Assembly (NCBI GenBank): GCA_016124735.1
Contig: WGMZ01000019.1
Span: 3,217 to 67,216, forward strand
Length of the DNA: 64,000 nucleotides
Source: Bacteroidota bacterium
GTDB taxonomy: Bacteria; Bacteroidota; Bacteroidia; UBA8524
Direction of reading: 5' to 3'
The translations under genes and the position numbers were made by a program. Below are positions 38,417 through 49,242 of this stretch, piece after piece. Within the stretch, counting starts at the first letter, position 1; the number at the start of each line of letters is the position of its first letter. The notes under the pieces were generated by a model that did no database searches, had not been told where the DNA came from, and saw only the letters and a program-made list of their open reading frames with translations.

Positions 38417-41014
38417 ATGCTCAAATATCTGATAGCTGTGCTATTCATGGCCTGTAGCGGTACGGGCTACCTTTTCGCTCAGGCGTTTCAAACCAAGGTG
38501 GATATCACGGCGAATGGTATCCCTCTTAGAGACGTATTGAATCAGATTGAAGCGCAATCAATGGTGCGTTTTTCCTATTCAGATGATGTGATTCCGGTTG
38601 ATAAACCGATTCAGCTTAAACTGAGAAATGTGCGACTCTACAACGCACTACAGCAAATATTTGCCAATACCTTTATTGACTTTAAGGAAAATGGGATGCA
38701 GGTGCTGCTCTTTAGAAAAGACCTTCATCTGAATCCCGAAAAAGAATTTACTATCAGTGGATTTGTTCGGGAAGCAACATCCGGAGAACCCTTGCTTGGA
38801 GTGCATCTGGCCGTGGCCAATTCTTATCTCGGTACTACCACCAATGCCTATGGTTTTTATTCGATTAAACTCAGATCGGATACGTTTCACCTTCAGATAT
38901 CCTATGTGGGATATCAAACACGAGAGCAGTTCATCCTTCTCGATCGGGATATTCAATTAAATATGGTTCTTGTCCCTAATGCAGAACTAAAGGAGGTGGT
39001 GGTGGAAGGAAAAAAAGGCGAACCAACACCTGAATTGAAATCCATTAGTAAGATGGAAGTCCCAATTGCCGAAATTGCGAAAATACCAGCCTTGTTTGGA
39101 GAAAAAGATGTGTTCAAAGCGTTCAAACTCCTACCAGGGGTTCAGTTTGGCAACGAAGGCCAGGCCAATATGTTCGTAAGAGGTGGGGGAGCCGACCAAA
39201 ATTTGGTGATTTTGGATGACGCAACGGTATACAATGCCTTTCATCTTTTTGGCCTTTTTTCGCTCTTCAATGGCGATGCGCTTCGTTCTGCCCAGCTCAC
39301 CAAAGGGGGATTTCCGGCCCGCTACGGCGGAAGGCTGTCGTCGGTGATGGACATTCACATGAAGGATGGAAACAAACAGTCGTACCACGGAACGGGAACG
39401 ATTGGTTTGCTCTCTTCTAAATTTACCCTTGAGGGTCCGATTAAGAAAAACGTGAGCTCGTTTTTAATTTCAGGAAGGAGAATGTATTGGGACATGATCC
39501 TCAATAATTTCCTCCGGTCCAGACAACAAAATCTGACATTCTACTTTTACGATATCACAGCAAAAGCCGATTATATTTTTAGCGATAAAGATAAGCTGTT
39601 TCTAAGCGCTTATACCGGCAGGGACCGTTATGGCTTATCGGAGGGAAATAGTCAATATTCGTCTGGCTCCGGCATCAATTGGGAAAACATCACTTCAACC
39701 CTTCGCTGGAATCATGTTTTCAATCAGAAATTATTCATGAATACCTCGCTCATCCTGAGTAATTATCAGCTGAGGGTCAATTCAACCGGGACCTATGATT
39801 TTAAAAAATACGAGGCACGCCTATTCTCGGGAATTCGCGATTTTAGTGTGAAAGCCGACTTTGACTATAGCTATTCCCAAAAACGAAAACTGAAGTTTGG
39901 ACTAATTAGTACGTCCCATCATTTTACACCGCACGGATATTATGAATACAATGAATTGGGAGGACGACTGATAGCCGGATCGGAACATTATAACTCGCAG
40001 GAATCCGCTGTTTATCTGGAGGATCATTACCAGATGAATCGGCACGTTTCCTTTGTAAATGGTCTCCGCGTCAGTCATTTTAACAGTTCAGGAAAGAATT
40101 ATGTGCGCGCCGAGCCTAGACTTTCTTTTTGCTATAACCCCAATAAAATCTCCTCTTTCAAGATAGCTTATACCTTGATGAACCAATACATTCATCTGTT
40201 GACGAATACAGGTGTGGGTTTGCCTACAGATTTATGGGTGCCAAGTACGCCGAATATCGGTCCGCAACAGTCGCAACAAATTGCGGGAGGCTATAGCAGA
40301 TTGATTAGAAAACTCAGGTCGGTGATGAGTATCGAAGCCTATTACAAATACTCTACTGGTGTAATTGGATATAAGGAAGGAGCCACTTTTATTGAGGTAA
40401 ACCCCAACAATGAACCGGCGAAAGTTAATTGGGAGCAAAATGTAACCCAGGGTCGGAGTTGGAGTTATGGAGGAGAATTTTTATTGCAAAAGAAAACCGG
40501 ACCCTTTACCGGATGGGTAGCCTATACCTTGTCCTGGACCTACCTTCAGTTTGATGAACTCAACAGAGGGCAGAAATTTTTTGCACGCTACGACCGCCGG
40601 CATAGTGTGGCCCTGGTAGGCAATTGGGAAATCAACTCTAATATCACGTTAAATGCCACATGGATATACGGAACAGGCAATGCTATTACGCTTCCGGTGG
40701 CCAGTTTTTATGCCGTACAACATAATCCGACTTCACCCGATTTCAATAATTCAATCCTTGGTAGTCAGATACAGGAATATGGATTGAGGAATCAATACCG
40801 AATGAGTCCGTACCACCGATTGGATTGTGGAATACAGTTTCATAGAAAGAGGCGTACCTGGTCACGCATTTGGGAAATAAGCGTCTATAATTTGTATAAC
40901 AGAAAAAATCCGTTTTACTATTACATCAGTACCGACAGCCAGGGAAACGCAAGCCTACAGCAAAGGTCCTATTTCCCAATCATTCCATCCGTTTCATATA
41001 CCATCAAATTCTAA
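38417..41014 (+). CDS. TonB-dependent receptor with N-terminal STN signalling and carboxypeptidase-regulatory-like domains
   Basis: STN-like N-terminus; ISGFVRE..SGEPL; plug LLPGV..VRGG.ADQN; KGGFPARYGGRLSSV; C-terminal YTIKF. Confidence 0.92.
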   Translation: MLKYLIAVLFMACSGTGYLFAQAFQTKVDITANGIPLRDVLNQIEAQSMVRFSYSDDVIPVDKPIQLKLRNVRLYNALQQIFANTFIDFKENGMQVLLFRKDLHLNPEKEFTISGFVREATSGEPLLGVHLAVANSYLGTTTNAYGFYSIKLRSDTFHLQISYVGYQTREQFILLDRDIQLNMVLVPNAELKEVVVEGKKGEPTPELKSISKMEVPIAEIAKIPALFGEKDVFKAFKLLPGVQFGNEGQANMFVRGGGADQNLVILDDATVYNAFHLFGLFSLFNGDALRSAQLTKGGFPARYGGRLSSVMDIHMKDGNKQSYHGTGTIGLLSSKFTLEGPIKKNVSSFLISGRRMYWDMILNNFLRSRQQNLTFYFYDITAKADYIFSDKDKLFLSAYTGRDRYGLSEGNSQYSSGSGINWENITSTLRWNHVFNQKLFMNTSLILSNYQLRVNSTGTYDFKKYEARLFSGIRDFSVKADFDYSYSQKRKLKFGLISTSHHFTPHGYYEYNELGGRLIAGSEHYNSQESAVYLEDHYQMNRHVSFVNGLRVSHFNSSGKNYVRAEPRLSFCYNPNKISSFKIAYTLMNQYIHLLTNTGVGLPTDLWVPSTPNIGPQQSQQIAGGYSRLIRKLRSVMSIEAYYKYSTGVIGYKEGATFIEVNPNNEPAKVNWEQNVTQGRSWSYGGEFLLQKKTGPFTGWVAYTLSWTYLQFDELNRGQKFFARYDRRHSVALVGNWEINSNITLNATWIYGTGNAITLPVASFYAVQHNPTSPDFNNSILGSQIQEYGLRNQYRMSPYHRLDCGIQFHRKRRTWSRIWEISVYNLYNRKNPFYYYISTDSQGNASLQQRSYFPIIPSVSYTIKF

Positions 41015-41838
41015 TGAGAATATTTCTTTACATATTCTGCTCTGTGTTCTGCCTGGCTTGCGACAAAACGGCGGACATTCAGCTGCCTAAATCGAACCCG
41101 AAAATTGCCTTAACAGGCTTTTTATCTCCTGGTTTGCCAATTCAGATAACCTTGATAAAAGTTCAGCCTTTATTCGGAGGCTCAACCATCAATAAACCTT
41201 TATTCATTGGCGATGGAATTGTATACATATCCAACGGAAATGATACCAGTCAATTAAATCTTTCGGCATCTGGCGAATTTTACGAAGAAGCGATCCCCAA
41301 CATAGAAATACTTCCTGGGAAAACGTATTATGTATGGGCGTCCGCAGCCGGACTCCCACCCGTTTCGGCCTCCTGTACCGTGCCTGATTCTTCTGTGCGG
41401 AGTTTCTCTATGAGCCACTATGCTTCCAAGACAGATTCGGATACTACCTTTTATATTTCCATGGTTTGGAAAGATATTCAGGGACAATCGAATTTTTATC
41501 GGATTTACTCCAACCGACAGGATTCTACAGCATCCAATTTAACAAGCCATTCCTACCAATATAGTACCTCGTATTACAATGATTTTGGAAGAGATGGAGA
41601 AGAAATACAAACTTCACTGGGACAGGTTTCAGGAGGAGGATCCAATACCCGACATCGCTATATTTTGGCTGGTTTGATTACCTGCGATGAAAATTATTTT
41701 CGCTATCATCTCGGACTAGAAACCCTGAATGCGGGGGATCCCTTCGCACAACCCAGCAGCCTCTATAGTAATGTTCAGGGAGGGGTGGGTTGTTTTGGCG
41801 CTTATTTGCAATACACCGACATATTCAAGGTGTTTTAA
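41014..41838 (+). CDS. DUF4249-like lipoprotein
   Basis: Lipobox CLAC; C-terminal DPFAQP..LYSNVQGGVGCFGA; directly after the TonB-dependent receptor. Confidence 0.8.
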   Translation: MRIFLYIFCSVFCLACDKTADIQLPKSNPKIALTGFLSPGLPIQITLIKVQPLFGGSTINKPLFIGDGIVYISNGNDTSQLNLSASGEFYEEAIPNIEILPGKTYYVWASAAGLPPVSASCTVPDSSVRSFSMSHYASKTDSDTTFYISMVWKDIQGQSNFYRIYSNRQDSTASNLTSHSYQYSTSYYNDFGRDGEEIQTSLGQVSGGGSNTRHRYILAGLITCDENYFRYHLGLETLNAGDPFAQPSSLYSNVQGGVGCFGAYLQYTDIFKVF

Positions 41839-41896
41839 AGACAATTTTTCATGCTCCTGAAGAATGGTGGGATATTCGCATCAGCATTTCTGAAAT

Positions 41897-43699
41897 ATGG
41901 CACGAAGAGACAGAACAGAAAAAGTTGATATGCCGAGGGCAAAGCTTTCCCGACAGTCGATACGGAAAGGCTTGCAACTTTTCTCCTATATAGGCAGCAA
42001 TAAATGGAAATTTTATCTGGGTTTATTCTTCCTGGCGGGGACCGGGGCTACCGCGCTGGCATTCCCAACAATGATTGGCGAGATTCTCAAAGCAGCAGAT
42101 GCGGACTGGTCGCAGTTGGTAAAATGGGGTTGGATTATTCTGGGCGTATTTGTGGCCCAAACCGTTTTTTCCTATTTCCGCATATACTTATTTGTGGATG
42201 TTACGGAACGAATGTTGGAAGCCATTCGTAAGGCAACTTACGAAAACATGATAAAGCTCAATATGAGCTACCTGACACAAAGAAGAGCAGGGGAGTTGAG
42301 CAGCCGGATTTCAGCAGATATTTCTCAGATTCAGGACACATTTACCACCAACATTGCGGAATTTTTAAGGCAAACAATTATCATCATCGGAGGAATCATT
42401 CTTCTCTTTACCACTTCCGTAAAGTTGGCTCTGGCTATGTTGATAATAATCCCACCTCTCGCAATATTGACGGTGATCTTTGGGTATTTCGTTCGCAAGA
42501 AATCCAAAGGAGTGCAGGATCAGGTAGCCGATAGCAATACCATTGTAGATGAAACATTACAAGGAATTCATAATGTAAAGGCATTTGCCAATGAATACTA
42601 CGAAGTGTTCCGTTATGGAAAATCTACCGGTGAAGTAAGAAAGAAAGCCATTCAGGTTGGGCGCATGCGGGCGGCCTTTGCATCATTCATTATCTTTGGA
42701 TTATTTGGTGGAATTGTCGCACTGATATTTTATGGTGCCTATCTCAAACAACAGGGACTCATGGAATATGGCGACCTGGTTCAATTCATGCTATACACTG
42801 TATTTGTAGGGGGTTCCATTGGTGGAATTGCCGAACAATATAATCAGATTCAGAAAACTTTGGGCGCTACCGATCGCGTATTGGAACTTTTAAACGAAGA
42901 TGCCGAATTGGTTGATATGGACGGCGATCGCCGCAAATCCTATCCACGTTTTCGCGGTAGTTTTCAGTTTGAGAAAGTTGAATTTGCCTATCCCTCACGT
43001 CCGGAAGTGACGGTTTTGAAAGGTGTTTCTCTTGAGGCAAAGGCAGGTGAAAAAATTGCACTCGTCGGACAAAGTGGTTCGGGAAAAACTACTCTGTCAT
43101 CTTTGCTGTTCCGCTTCTATGATCCGCAATCGGGTAGTATTAAGATTGATGGTAAAGACATTCGGGAATACCCGCTGACATACCTGCGCAGCCAAATGGC
43201 TATCGTACCTCAGGACGTAGTTTTATTTGGTGGCAGTATCCGGGAAAATATTCTTTACGGAAAGCCGGAAGCTAGTGAAGAGGAAATAATTGAGGCTGCC
43301 AAAAAAGCGAACGCCTGGAATTTTATCAGTCAATTTCCTGAAGGTCTGGATGCCATAGTAGGAGATCGCGGTATTAAACTCAGTGGAGGGCAAAGGCAGA
43401 GAATTGCCATCGCACGGGCCATATTGAAAGATCCATCTATTCTTATTTTGGATGAAGCGACTTCGTCACTTGATTCAGAATCAGAGGCATTGGTTCAGGA
43501 AGCTCTTGAAAAATTGATGAAGGGAAGAACATCCTTGGTTATCGCTCACCGGCTCAGTACAATTCGTAACGCAGACCATATACTGGTTCTCCAGGATGGA
43601 GAAATTCACGAAAGCGGGACACATGAGCAATTGATTACCAGGGAGAATGGTATCTATAAAAAATTGAATAGTATGCAGTCTGACGTGCTCATTTCATAA
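41897..43699 (+). CDS. ABC exporter, fused TMD-NBD (MsbA/ABCB-like)
   Basis: Multi-TM N-half; GQSGSGKTT, LSGGQRQR, ILDEATSSLD and IAHRLST. Confidence 0.93.
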   Translation: MARRDRTEKVDMPRAKLSRQSIRKGLQLFSYIGSNKWKFYLGLFFLAGTGATALAFPTMIGEILKAADADWSQLVKWGWIILGVFVAQTVFSYFRIYLFVDVTERMLEAIRKATYENMIKLNMSYLTQRRAGELSSRISADISQIQDTFTTNIAEFLRQTIIIIGGIILLFTTSVKLALAMLIIIPPLAILTVIFGYFVRKKSKGVQDQVADSNTIVDETLQGIHNVKAFANEYYEVFRYGKSTGEVRKKAIQVGRMRAAFASFIIFGLFGGIVALIFYGAYLKQQGLMEYGDLVQFMLYTVFVGGSIGGIAEQYNQIQKTLGATDRVLELLNEDAELVDMDGDRRKSYPRFRGSFQFEKVEFAYPSRPEVTVLKGVSLEAKAGEKIALVGQSGSGKTTLSSLLFRFYDPQSGSIKIDGKDIREYPLTYLRSQMAIVPQDVVLFGGSIRENILYGKPEASEEEIIEAAKKANAWNFISQFPEGLDAIVGDRGIKLSGGQRQRIAIARAILKDPSILILDEATSSLDSESEALVQEALEKLMKGRTSLVIAHRLSTIRNADHILVLQDGEIHESGTHEQLITRENGIYKKLNSMQSDVLIS

Positions 43700-43786
43700 T
43701 ACCAGGAGCCATTTATCGAAAAAGTTTTAAATTTTATCAGAAGCTCATGCAACAAAAGGCCGGGTAATTGGTTCTAATAAGTAGGT

Positions 43787-43876
43787 ATGAGAAACTTTTT
43801 TAGCAGGTTATTTACGTCTCTCTTTAAAAAATCAGGAAAGCCGGGTTCTAATTCGGACTTCCACCTCTTTATCTGA
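43787..43876 (+). CDS. Putative 29-aa small protein MRNFFSRLFTSLFKKSGKPGSNSDFHLFI
   Basis: Hand-translated, below the ORF-track cutoff; lies in an intergenic gap; preceded by a TGCAAC...TTCTAAT ECF-like motif. Confidence 0.45.
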   Translation: MRNFFSRLFTSLFKKSGKPGSNSDFHLFI

Positions 43877-43922
43877 TTTATTCCAATGGGAGCACTTATC
43901 GGATAATCCTATATTTGGGGTT

Positions 43923-45575
43923 ATGTGCAAGGCGTGTATCCTTTTCATTTTTTCAATCTTCTTTTTTTCTTGTCAATCTCCGAATAATGTAGACCTGGTT
44001 TTGTTCAATGGGTCCATCCATTCTTATGGTCAGGGAAATATTGATGCCACATGCTTAGTTGTAGATGATGGAAAAATTCTCGCAATAGGCGGGCAAGATT
44101 CCCTGAGGGTATTATACAAGGGGAGGCAGGAGATAGATTTAAAAGGTAAAAATGTCTATCCGGGCTGGCATGATGCGCATGCGCATTTTGCAGGCTATGC
44201 CCGCGGACTTTCAGAAATTGATTTAAAAGGGTGTCATTCATGGGACGAATGTCTTGAACGAATAGCCACCTACATTCAAAAATACCCGGAAAAGAAATGG
44301 ATCAGAGGAAGGGGATGGGATCAAAACCTTTGGGGCGGCAACTATCCGACCCGCAGGGAAATTGATTCGCTCTACCCAAATAAATTCATTTATCTGTCGC
44401 GGGTAGATGGTCATGCGGCCCTGGTGAGTGGAAATGTTTTAGAGCGTGCGGGCTTCGACTTGAATACACAAATAGACGGTGGGCAGCTCCTGCACTTTGA
44501 TCAAACGGATCAACTGAGTGGCTTGCTGATTGACGCAGCAGCAGATAGGGCAGCGGATCAAGTACCGGATTTAAGTATGGAAGAATGGAGCCAGGTATTA
44601 AAATTGGCAGAAACAAAACTGCTGGCACATGGAATAACTGCGGTAACAGATGCAGGCTTGCCACTAAATATGATAGGTATTATTGATTCTCTTCAGGAAG
44701 AGAATGCCCTTCACTTGCGGATGAATATTATGTTATCACCTGATGCGGATGCATTTGCCTATGCAAGAGAACATGGAAAAATACAAAAGCCCGCATTGAA
44801 TGTTTTAAGCTTCAAACTGTATGCAGATGGGGCGCTGGGTTCCCGGGGAGCGCTATTGAAAAAACCCTATTGCGATCATAAGGGTTCTGGTTTGGCCATC
44901 CATCGACCCGTGTATTTTGACAGTGTTTGCACCATAATATACCACCTGGGCTTTCAGGCAAACACACATTGCATTGGCGATTCAGCGAATGGCTTGATTC
45001 TTCATACTTATGGGAAGTTCCTGCAAGGGAAAAATGATCGACGTTGGCGTATTGAGCATGCACAGGTAGTGGATTCTTCGGACATGCACTATTTTGGTGA
45101 ATACAGTATTCTTCCCTCTGTGCAGCCCACTCATGCCACCTCCGACATGAAATGGGCGCAGGATCGCTTATGCCTGGAACGCATGTCCGGAGCTTACGCC
45201 TATCATTCTTTATTAAATGTAGCTGGGATATTACCACTGGGAACGGATTTTCCCGTGGAAGATATCAATCCGATGTACACCTTATTGGCAGCAGTATACA
45301 GGCAAAACAGCAAACTTGAACCCGAAAACGGGTTTCGCGCGGAGGAGGCCATTGATTTGAATACTTGCTTGAGAGGAATGACTTGGTGGCCGGCATGGGC
45401 AGCATTCAGAGAAAGAGATTGGGGCGCTCTCGAACCCGGTATGTTCGCTGATTTTGCGGTATATGACAATGATTTGTCCAAATGTACACCAAATCAAATT
45501 GCAGATATCAAGCCGCGGGAAACCTGGATTGATGGAAAAATGAGGTGGTCAGCGGGAGCTCGTCAAATCGAATAA
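43923..45575 (+). CDS. Amidohydrolase-3 family (YtcJ-like) lipoprotein
   Basis: Lipobox FFSC; PGWHDAHAH, KLYADGALGSRGA, HCIGD, RIEHAQ and GTDFPVE. Confidence 0.9.
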   Translation: MCKACILFIFSIFFFSCQSPNNVDLVLFNGSIHSYGQGNIDATCLVVDDGKILAIGGQDSLRVLYKGRQEIDLKGKNVYPGWHDAHAHFAGYARGLSEIDLKGCHSWDECLERIATYIQKYPEKKWIRGRGWDQNLWGGNYPTRREIDSLYPNKFIYLSRVDGHAALVSGNVLERAGFDLNTQIDGGQLLHFDQTDQLSGLLIDAAADRAADQVPDLSMEEWSQVLKLAETKLLAHGITAVTDAGLPLNMIGIIDSLQEENALHLRMNIMLSPDADAFAYAREHGKIQKPALNVLSFKLYADGALGSRGALLKKPYCDHKGSGLAIHRPVYFDSVCTIIYHLGFQANTHCIGDSANGLILHTYGKFLQGKNDRRWRIEHAQVVDSSDMHYFGEYSILPSVQPTHATSDMKWAQDRLCLERMSGAYAYHSLLNVAGILPLGTDFPVEDINPMYTLLAAVYRQNSKLEPENGFRAEEAIDLNTCLRGMTWWPAWAAFRERDWGALEPGMFADFAVYDNDLSKCTPNQIADIKPRETWIDGKMRWSAGARQIE

Positions 45576-45597
45576 TCAAGCATCAATTGCTCGCGAA

Positions 45598-46554
45598 TTA
45601 CTCGTCCTGATCGTCTTCTTCCAATACTTTGTTGACAGAAGCAGGTTTACTGCTTTTTGGAAGTTTTAATTCATACGTCTTGCGCGACTTATTTTTTAGA
45701 CTTCTGGAGGAAATCCAGGGATTTAAGATTTTCAGATATTTATAATTGCTGCCCTGTTCCAGGGCGAATTCAGGCCAGTTGTTAACCGTTGAATCTACCT
45801 GAATGCTTCGGGTCGGAATCGCGCTGTATAAAGCATCTGGTTCCAGCTCAAATCCATATGCTTCCTGGTGGGAATAAATCTCTTTTGCTGCCACTATCCG
45901 AAACAGATATCTGGCGGTTTCGGAATTCAGATGCAAGTCGTAGTAGTTGTCTACTCCCTGACTTTTTAATTGCCTTTCTACTCCATTCTCTCCCATATTG
46001 TAAGCGGCAGCAGCCAATGTCCAGCTTCCCAGTTTTTCTTGGTTGTCTTTCAAATAAGCACAGGCAGCCTGCGTAGCTTTTGCCAAATGGTAGCGTTCGT
46101 CTACTTCGTTATTCACTTCCAGTCCGTAGCGCTTCCCCGTTGATGATAAAAATTGCCAGAATCCTGCGGCACCACTTGGAGATACAACATTGGAGAGCCC
46201 ACTTTCAATCATGCAGAGGTACTTGAAATCATCCGGCACGCCATTTTCTTTTAAGATGGGTTCTATAATTGGGAAATACTTATGAGCCCTTTTCAGCATC
46301 AGGATTGTATTGCTATGCCAGAAAGTGTTGACCAATAGTTCTCGGTCCAGTCGCTCACGCACGTCGGATTCATTCAGCTTTAATGCTTCTCCGGCAAAAT
46401 TCAGGTCGGCTGGAATCTTTGGAATGGTTAAGGTCCCATTAGGATGGTTCACAACCAATGAATGTTTCTCCTGCTTACCGGCAAGAGAAACCAAAATAAT
46501 TGCCGACAAAGCAGCGCCACCGAGCACGTAAAGGAAATTTTTGAGCATACGCAT
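45598..46554 (-). CDS. Lytic transglycosylase (SLT domain, MltD-like)
   Basis: IESGL, SPSGAAGFWQF, DERY, AAAAYNMGE and ETARY. Confidence 0.9.
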   Translation of the reverse strand: MRMLKNFLYVLGGAALSAIILVSLAGKQEKHSLVVNHPNGTLTIPKIPADLNFAGEALKLNESDVRERLDRELLVNTFWHSNTILMLKRAHKYFPIIEPILKENGVPDDFKYLCMIESGLSNVVSPSGAAGFWQFLSSTGKRYGLEVNNEVDERYHLAKATQAACAYLKDNQEKLGSWTLAAAAYNMGENGVERQLKSQGVDNYYDLHLNSETARYLFRIVAAKEIYSHQEAYGFELEPDALYSAIPTRSIQVDSTVNNWPEFALEQGSNYKYLKILNPWISSRSLKNKSRKTYELKLPKSSKPASVNKVLEEDDQDE

Positions 46555-46578
46555 AGAGATGCAATATTTAAGCCTGAT

Positions 46579-47634
46579 TTAACTTTTGCTTCTTACTCTT
46601 CTCAACCAACGAGGAAAAACAATGATTCCGATTATAAGATACGGATAATAACTCAAAAGTCTCCATAAGAAGGCTTGAAAACCGGATAGATTTGGTAAAG
46701 TGAATTCTTTCAAAAATCCCTCAAAAACTATTTCGGCTATGCCGCTGCTCCCAGGAGTCGGACTAATCAGCATGATGACCCACATCACCATTTGTCGGGC
46801 ATAGATGATGAAATGGTCTACCCCGGACATGAATGCAAGTATCAGGCAGTTGATAACCAAAAAACGTGCGGTCCAGGAAACAAAAGTGGCGGCAAAAGAT
46901 TTGGCCCAAAAGCTGAATTTCTTTCCTTTTAATTCCAGGGAAGTGGTGATTACTTCATCTCCAACCTCTGCGGCTTTGTTTTGGAACCTTTTCAAGACAG
47001 GTAGTCTAAAAATTCGGACCAGGAATTTTTTAAAGCCTTGAGGATTGAAAAAGAGCGAAAGCAGAATAATGGTGGTCAGGAGAAAAATGAACCCATATCC
47101 TGCATAGAAGATTCCTTTGATCCCCATGGTGATGCCGAACATATTTTTTTGCAGATCAATAGGAAACAGGTTGTTCCAGCCGGCAAGTACAATACAAATG
47201 GGCACCATGATGATATAGAATAGTTCATCAAGCAGAGCTGTAACCAGTACAATGGCCGTGCTTTTACCGAGCGGAATTTTTTCCTGATTAAGTATAAACA
47301 TGGCTATGCCTGAACCACCTACGACGGAAGGAGACAATGCAGAAGCAAATTCCCAAAGCATAATCACATCAAAAGCTTTCTTCCAGCTCAGCTTTTTTTC
47401 AGTCAGAATTCGAATACGCACCATATAGCCAACATCTCGCGCAGCCATCATCAGAGCGCTCATCACTAACCAAAATACGACATGGATAGACCAGTGTATC
47501 TGCTCGTATGATTTTGGATCAAAATCATGAAACACCAAATACAAAGTCACAGCGAGGCCAAGCACAATCGGAATAATGACATTCCGGGTGCGAAATTGCT
47601 TCGGGGTATCTAATTGTGGGCTTAGTTCGGGCAA
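46579..47634 (-). CDS. Lysylphosphatidylglycerol synthase TM-domain (flippase-like) membrane protein
   Basis: Polytopic membrane protein; SPSVVGG, PTPGSSGIAE and LWRLLSYY. Confidence 0.82.
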   Translation of the reverse strand: MPELSPQLDTPKQFRTRNVIIPIVLGLAVTLYLVFHDFDPKSYEQIHWSIHVVFWLVMSALMMAARDVGYMVRIRILTEKKLSWKKAFDVIMLWEFASALSPSVVGGSGIAMFILNQEKIPLGKSTAIVLVTALLDELFYIIMVPICIVLAGWNNLFPIDLQKNMFGITMGIKGIFYAGYGFIFLLTTIILLSLFFNPQGFKKFLVRIFRLPVLKRFQNKAAEVGDEVITTSLELKGKKFSFWAKSFAATFVSWTARFLVINCLILAFMSGVDHFIIYARQMVMWVIMLISPTPGSSGIAEIVFEGFLKEFTLPNLSGFQAFLWRLLSYYPYLIIGIIVFPRWLRRVRSKS

Positions 47635-47635
47635 A

Positions 47636-49096
47636 TTACTGGCCTTGTGCCAGCGAATATCCCTGCTTTTCTCCGAAATTCCTCAACATTTCCATGGAAG
47701 TCACAAAGAGTTCATTGGAAATAATCTGAATCATTTGCCATATTTCTGTAGTATTTGTTTCTCCCGTTTCATCATGGCAAACAATGCGGCAACGGTGGTG
47801 GTTAACACACTCGGTTAATACAGATCCGGTAGGCCAAACCTGGGTGCCACGGTTTGAAATCATCTGCAACTTAAATTTCGCAGGCAAACGATTTTCAATA
47901 ATAGCAGCGACTTCATCCGCTGATTTTTCAGAGTCGATGAACAAGTCGCTACCAATCAAAACTTCTTTTTCAGTGCGAGGGCTGGCCATCATAATACGCG
48001 AAGTGGGCAATTGTGGTTTTGCCCATGCTTTTCCGGCCGTGCCAGCTTTTCTGGGTTCAGATTCCAGTGGAGACTTGCCAAGGTTTTTGATAATGGCATC
48101 CGCAAATTCGGTAGTATTGCTGGAAGGGATTGATTTATCGCCAAAATCACCGGTATGAATTCCCTGCTCCAGAGTGTAAAGCAACGCGTTTTCAATCGCA
48201 GCTGCTTTATCGCCATGTCCCAGGTGACGCAACATCATCAATCCACTCAATAAAAGAGAAGTTGGATTGGCTATGTTTTTTCCTGCGATATCAGGGGCGG
48301 TGCCGTGTACCGCCTCAAAAATGCAAATATTATCGCCGATATTAGATGATGGAGCAAAGCCCAAACCGCCTACCAACCCCGCGCATAGGTCAGAAACGAT
48401 ATCCCCTTGAAGATTAGGGAGAACAACTACCTGAAATCTTTCGGGCATGGAAACCAATTTCATACACAGATCATCTACGATGATATCACTGGCTTCGATT
48501 TCCGGATAGTCTTTCGCTACCTGATAAAAGGTCTCAAGGAACAAGCCATCGGTCAGTTTCATGATATTAGCTTTGTGACCACAGGCTACTTTTTTAAAAC
48601 CTTCCTTGCGCGCCAGTTCAAAAGCAAAGCGGTGCACTTGTTCGGAACCTTTGCGGGTAATAAAGCGACGGCAAACGGCAACATCGTTTGAGTTCATGTG
48701 CTCAATGCCACCATAAGTATCTTCGATGTTCTCGCGAACGATGGTAATATCAATGGGAATTCCGGCTTTACTGTAAACCGTGTCAACACCTTTTAAAGAT
48801 TGGAAATGACGGCGGTTCGCATAGGTGCTCCATGTTTTACGGGCCGTAACATTTATGCTTTTCATACCCTTGCCTTTGGGAGTTTCCATGGGACCTTTGA
48901 AAAGAATGCAATTGGATTCAATGCTTTCTTTTGCCTGAGGCGTCATTCCGCTGGTATAGCCCTGCAGGAAAAATTCTTTTCCCATTTCCACGAATTCATA
49001 GTCAAGGTTAACCTGGGCTGCATCGAAAATCCGAAGCACGGCATCCATGATTTCTTGTCCTATTCCATCTCCTTTAGCAACTGAAATTTTTGTCAT
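47636..49096 (-). CDS. icd: Isocitrate dehydrogenase with C-terminal extension domain
   Basis: [39 protein letters not shown] and [13 protein letters not shown]; tail [17 protein letters not shown]. Confidence 0.9.
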   Translation of the reverse strand: MTKISVAKGDGIGQEIMDAVLRIFDAAQVNLDYEFVEMGKEFFLQGYTSGMTPQAKESIESNCILFKGPMETPKGKGMKSINVTARKTWSTYANRRHFQSLKGVDTVYSKAGIPIDITIVRENIEDTYGGIEHMNSNDVAVCRRFITRKGSEQVHRFAFELARKEGFKKVACGHKANIMKLTDGLFLETFYQVAKDYPEIEASDIIVDDLCMKLVSMPERFQVVVLPNLQGDIVSDLCAGLVGGLGFAPSSNIGDNICIFEAVHGTAPDIAGKNIANPTSLLLSGLMMLRHLGHGDKAAAIENALLYTLEQGIHTGDFGDKSIPSSNTTEFADAIIKNLGKSPLESEPRKAGTAGKAWAKPQLPTSRIMMASPRTEKEVLIGSDLFIDSEKSADEVAAIIENRLPAKFKLQMISNRGTQVWPTGSVLTECVNHHRCRIVCHDETGETNTTEIWQMIQIISNELFVTSMEMLRNFGEKQGYSLAQGQ

Positions 49097-49122
49097 GATT
49101 TATACTGATTTCCAAACGGCTG

Positions 49123-49130
49123 CAAAAGTA
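49123..49130 (-). promoter_or_regulatory. Sigma-A -7 box of icd
   Basis: TACTTTTG on the minus strand, 26 nt upstream of the icd ATG. Confidence 0.65.
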
Positions 49131-49242
49131 GGGTATTCATGAAGGAAATACGAAGCAACCTGGGAAATTATCCATGAGAAACATTAATTTTTGAGTGAAT
49201 TTTTGGCATCCGGCCGAATCCTCTTTTTTTGTAAGCACCCTC

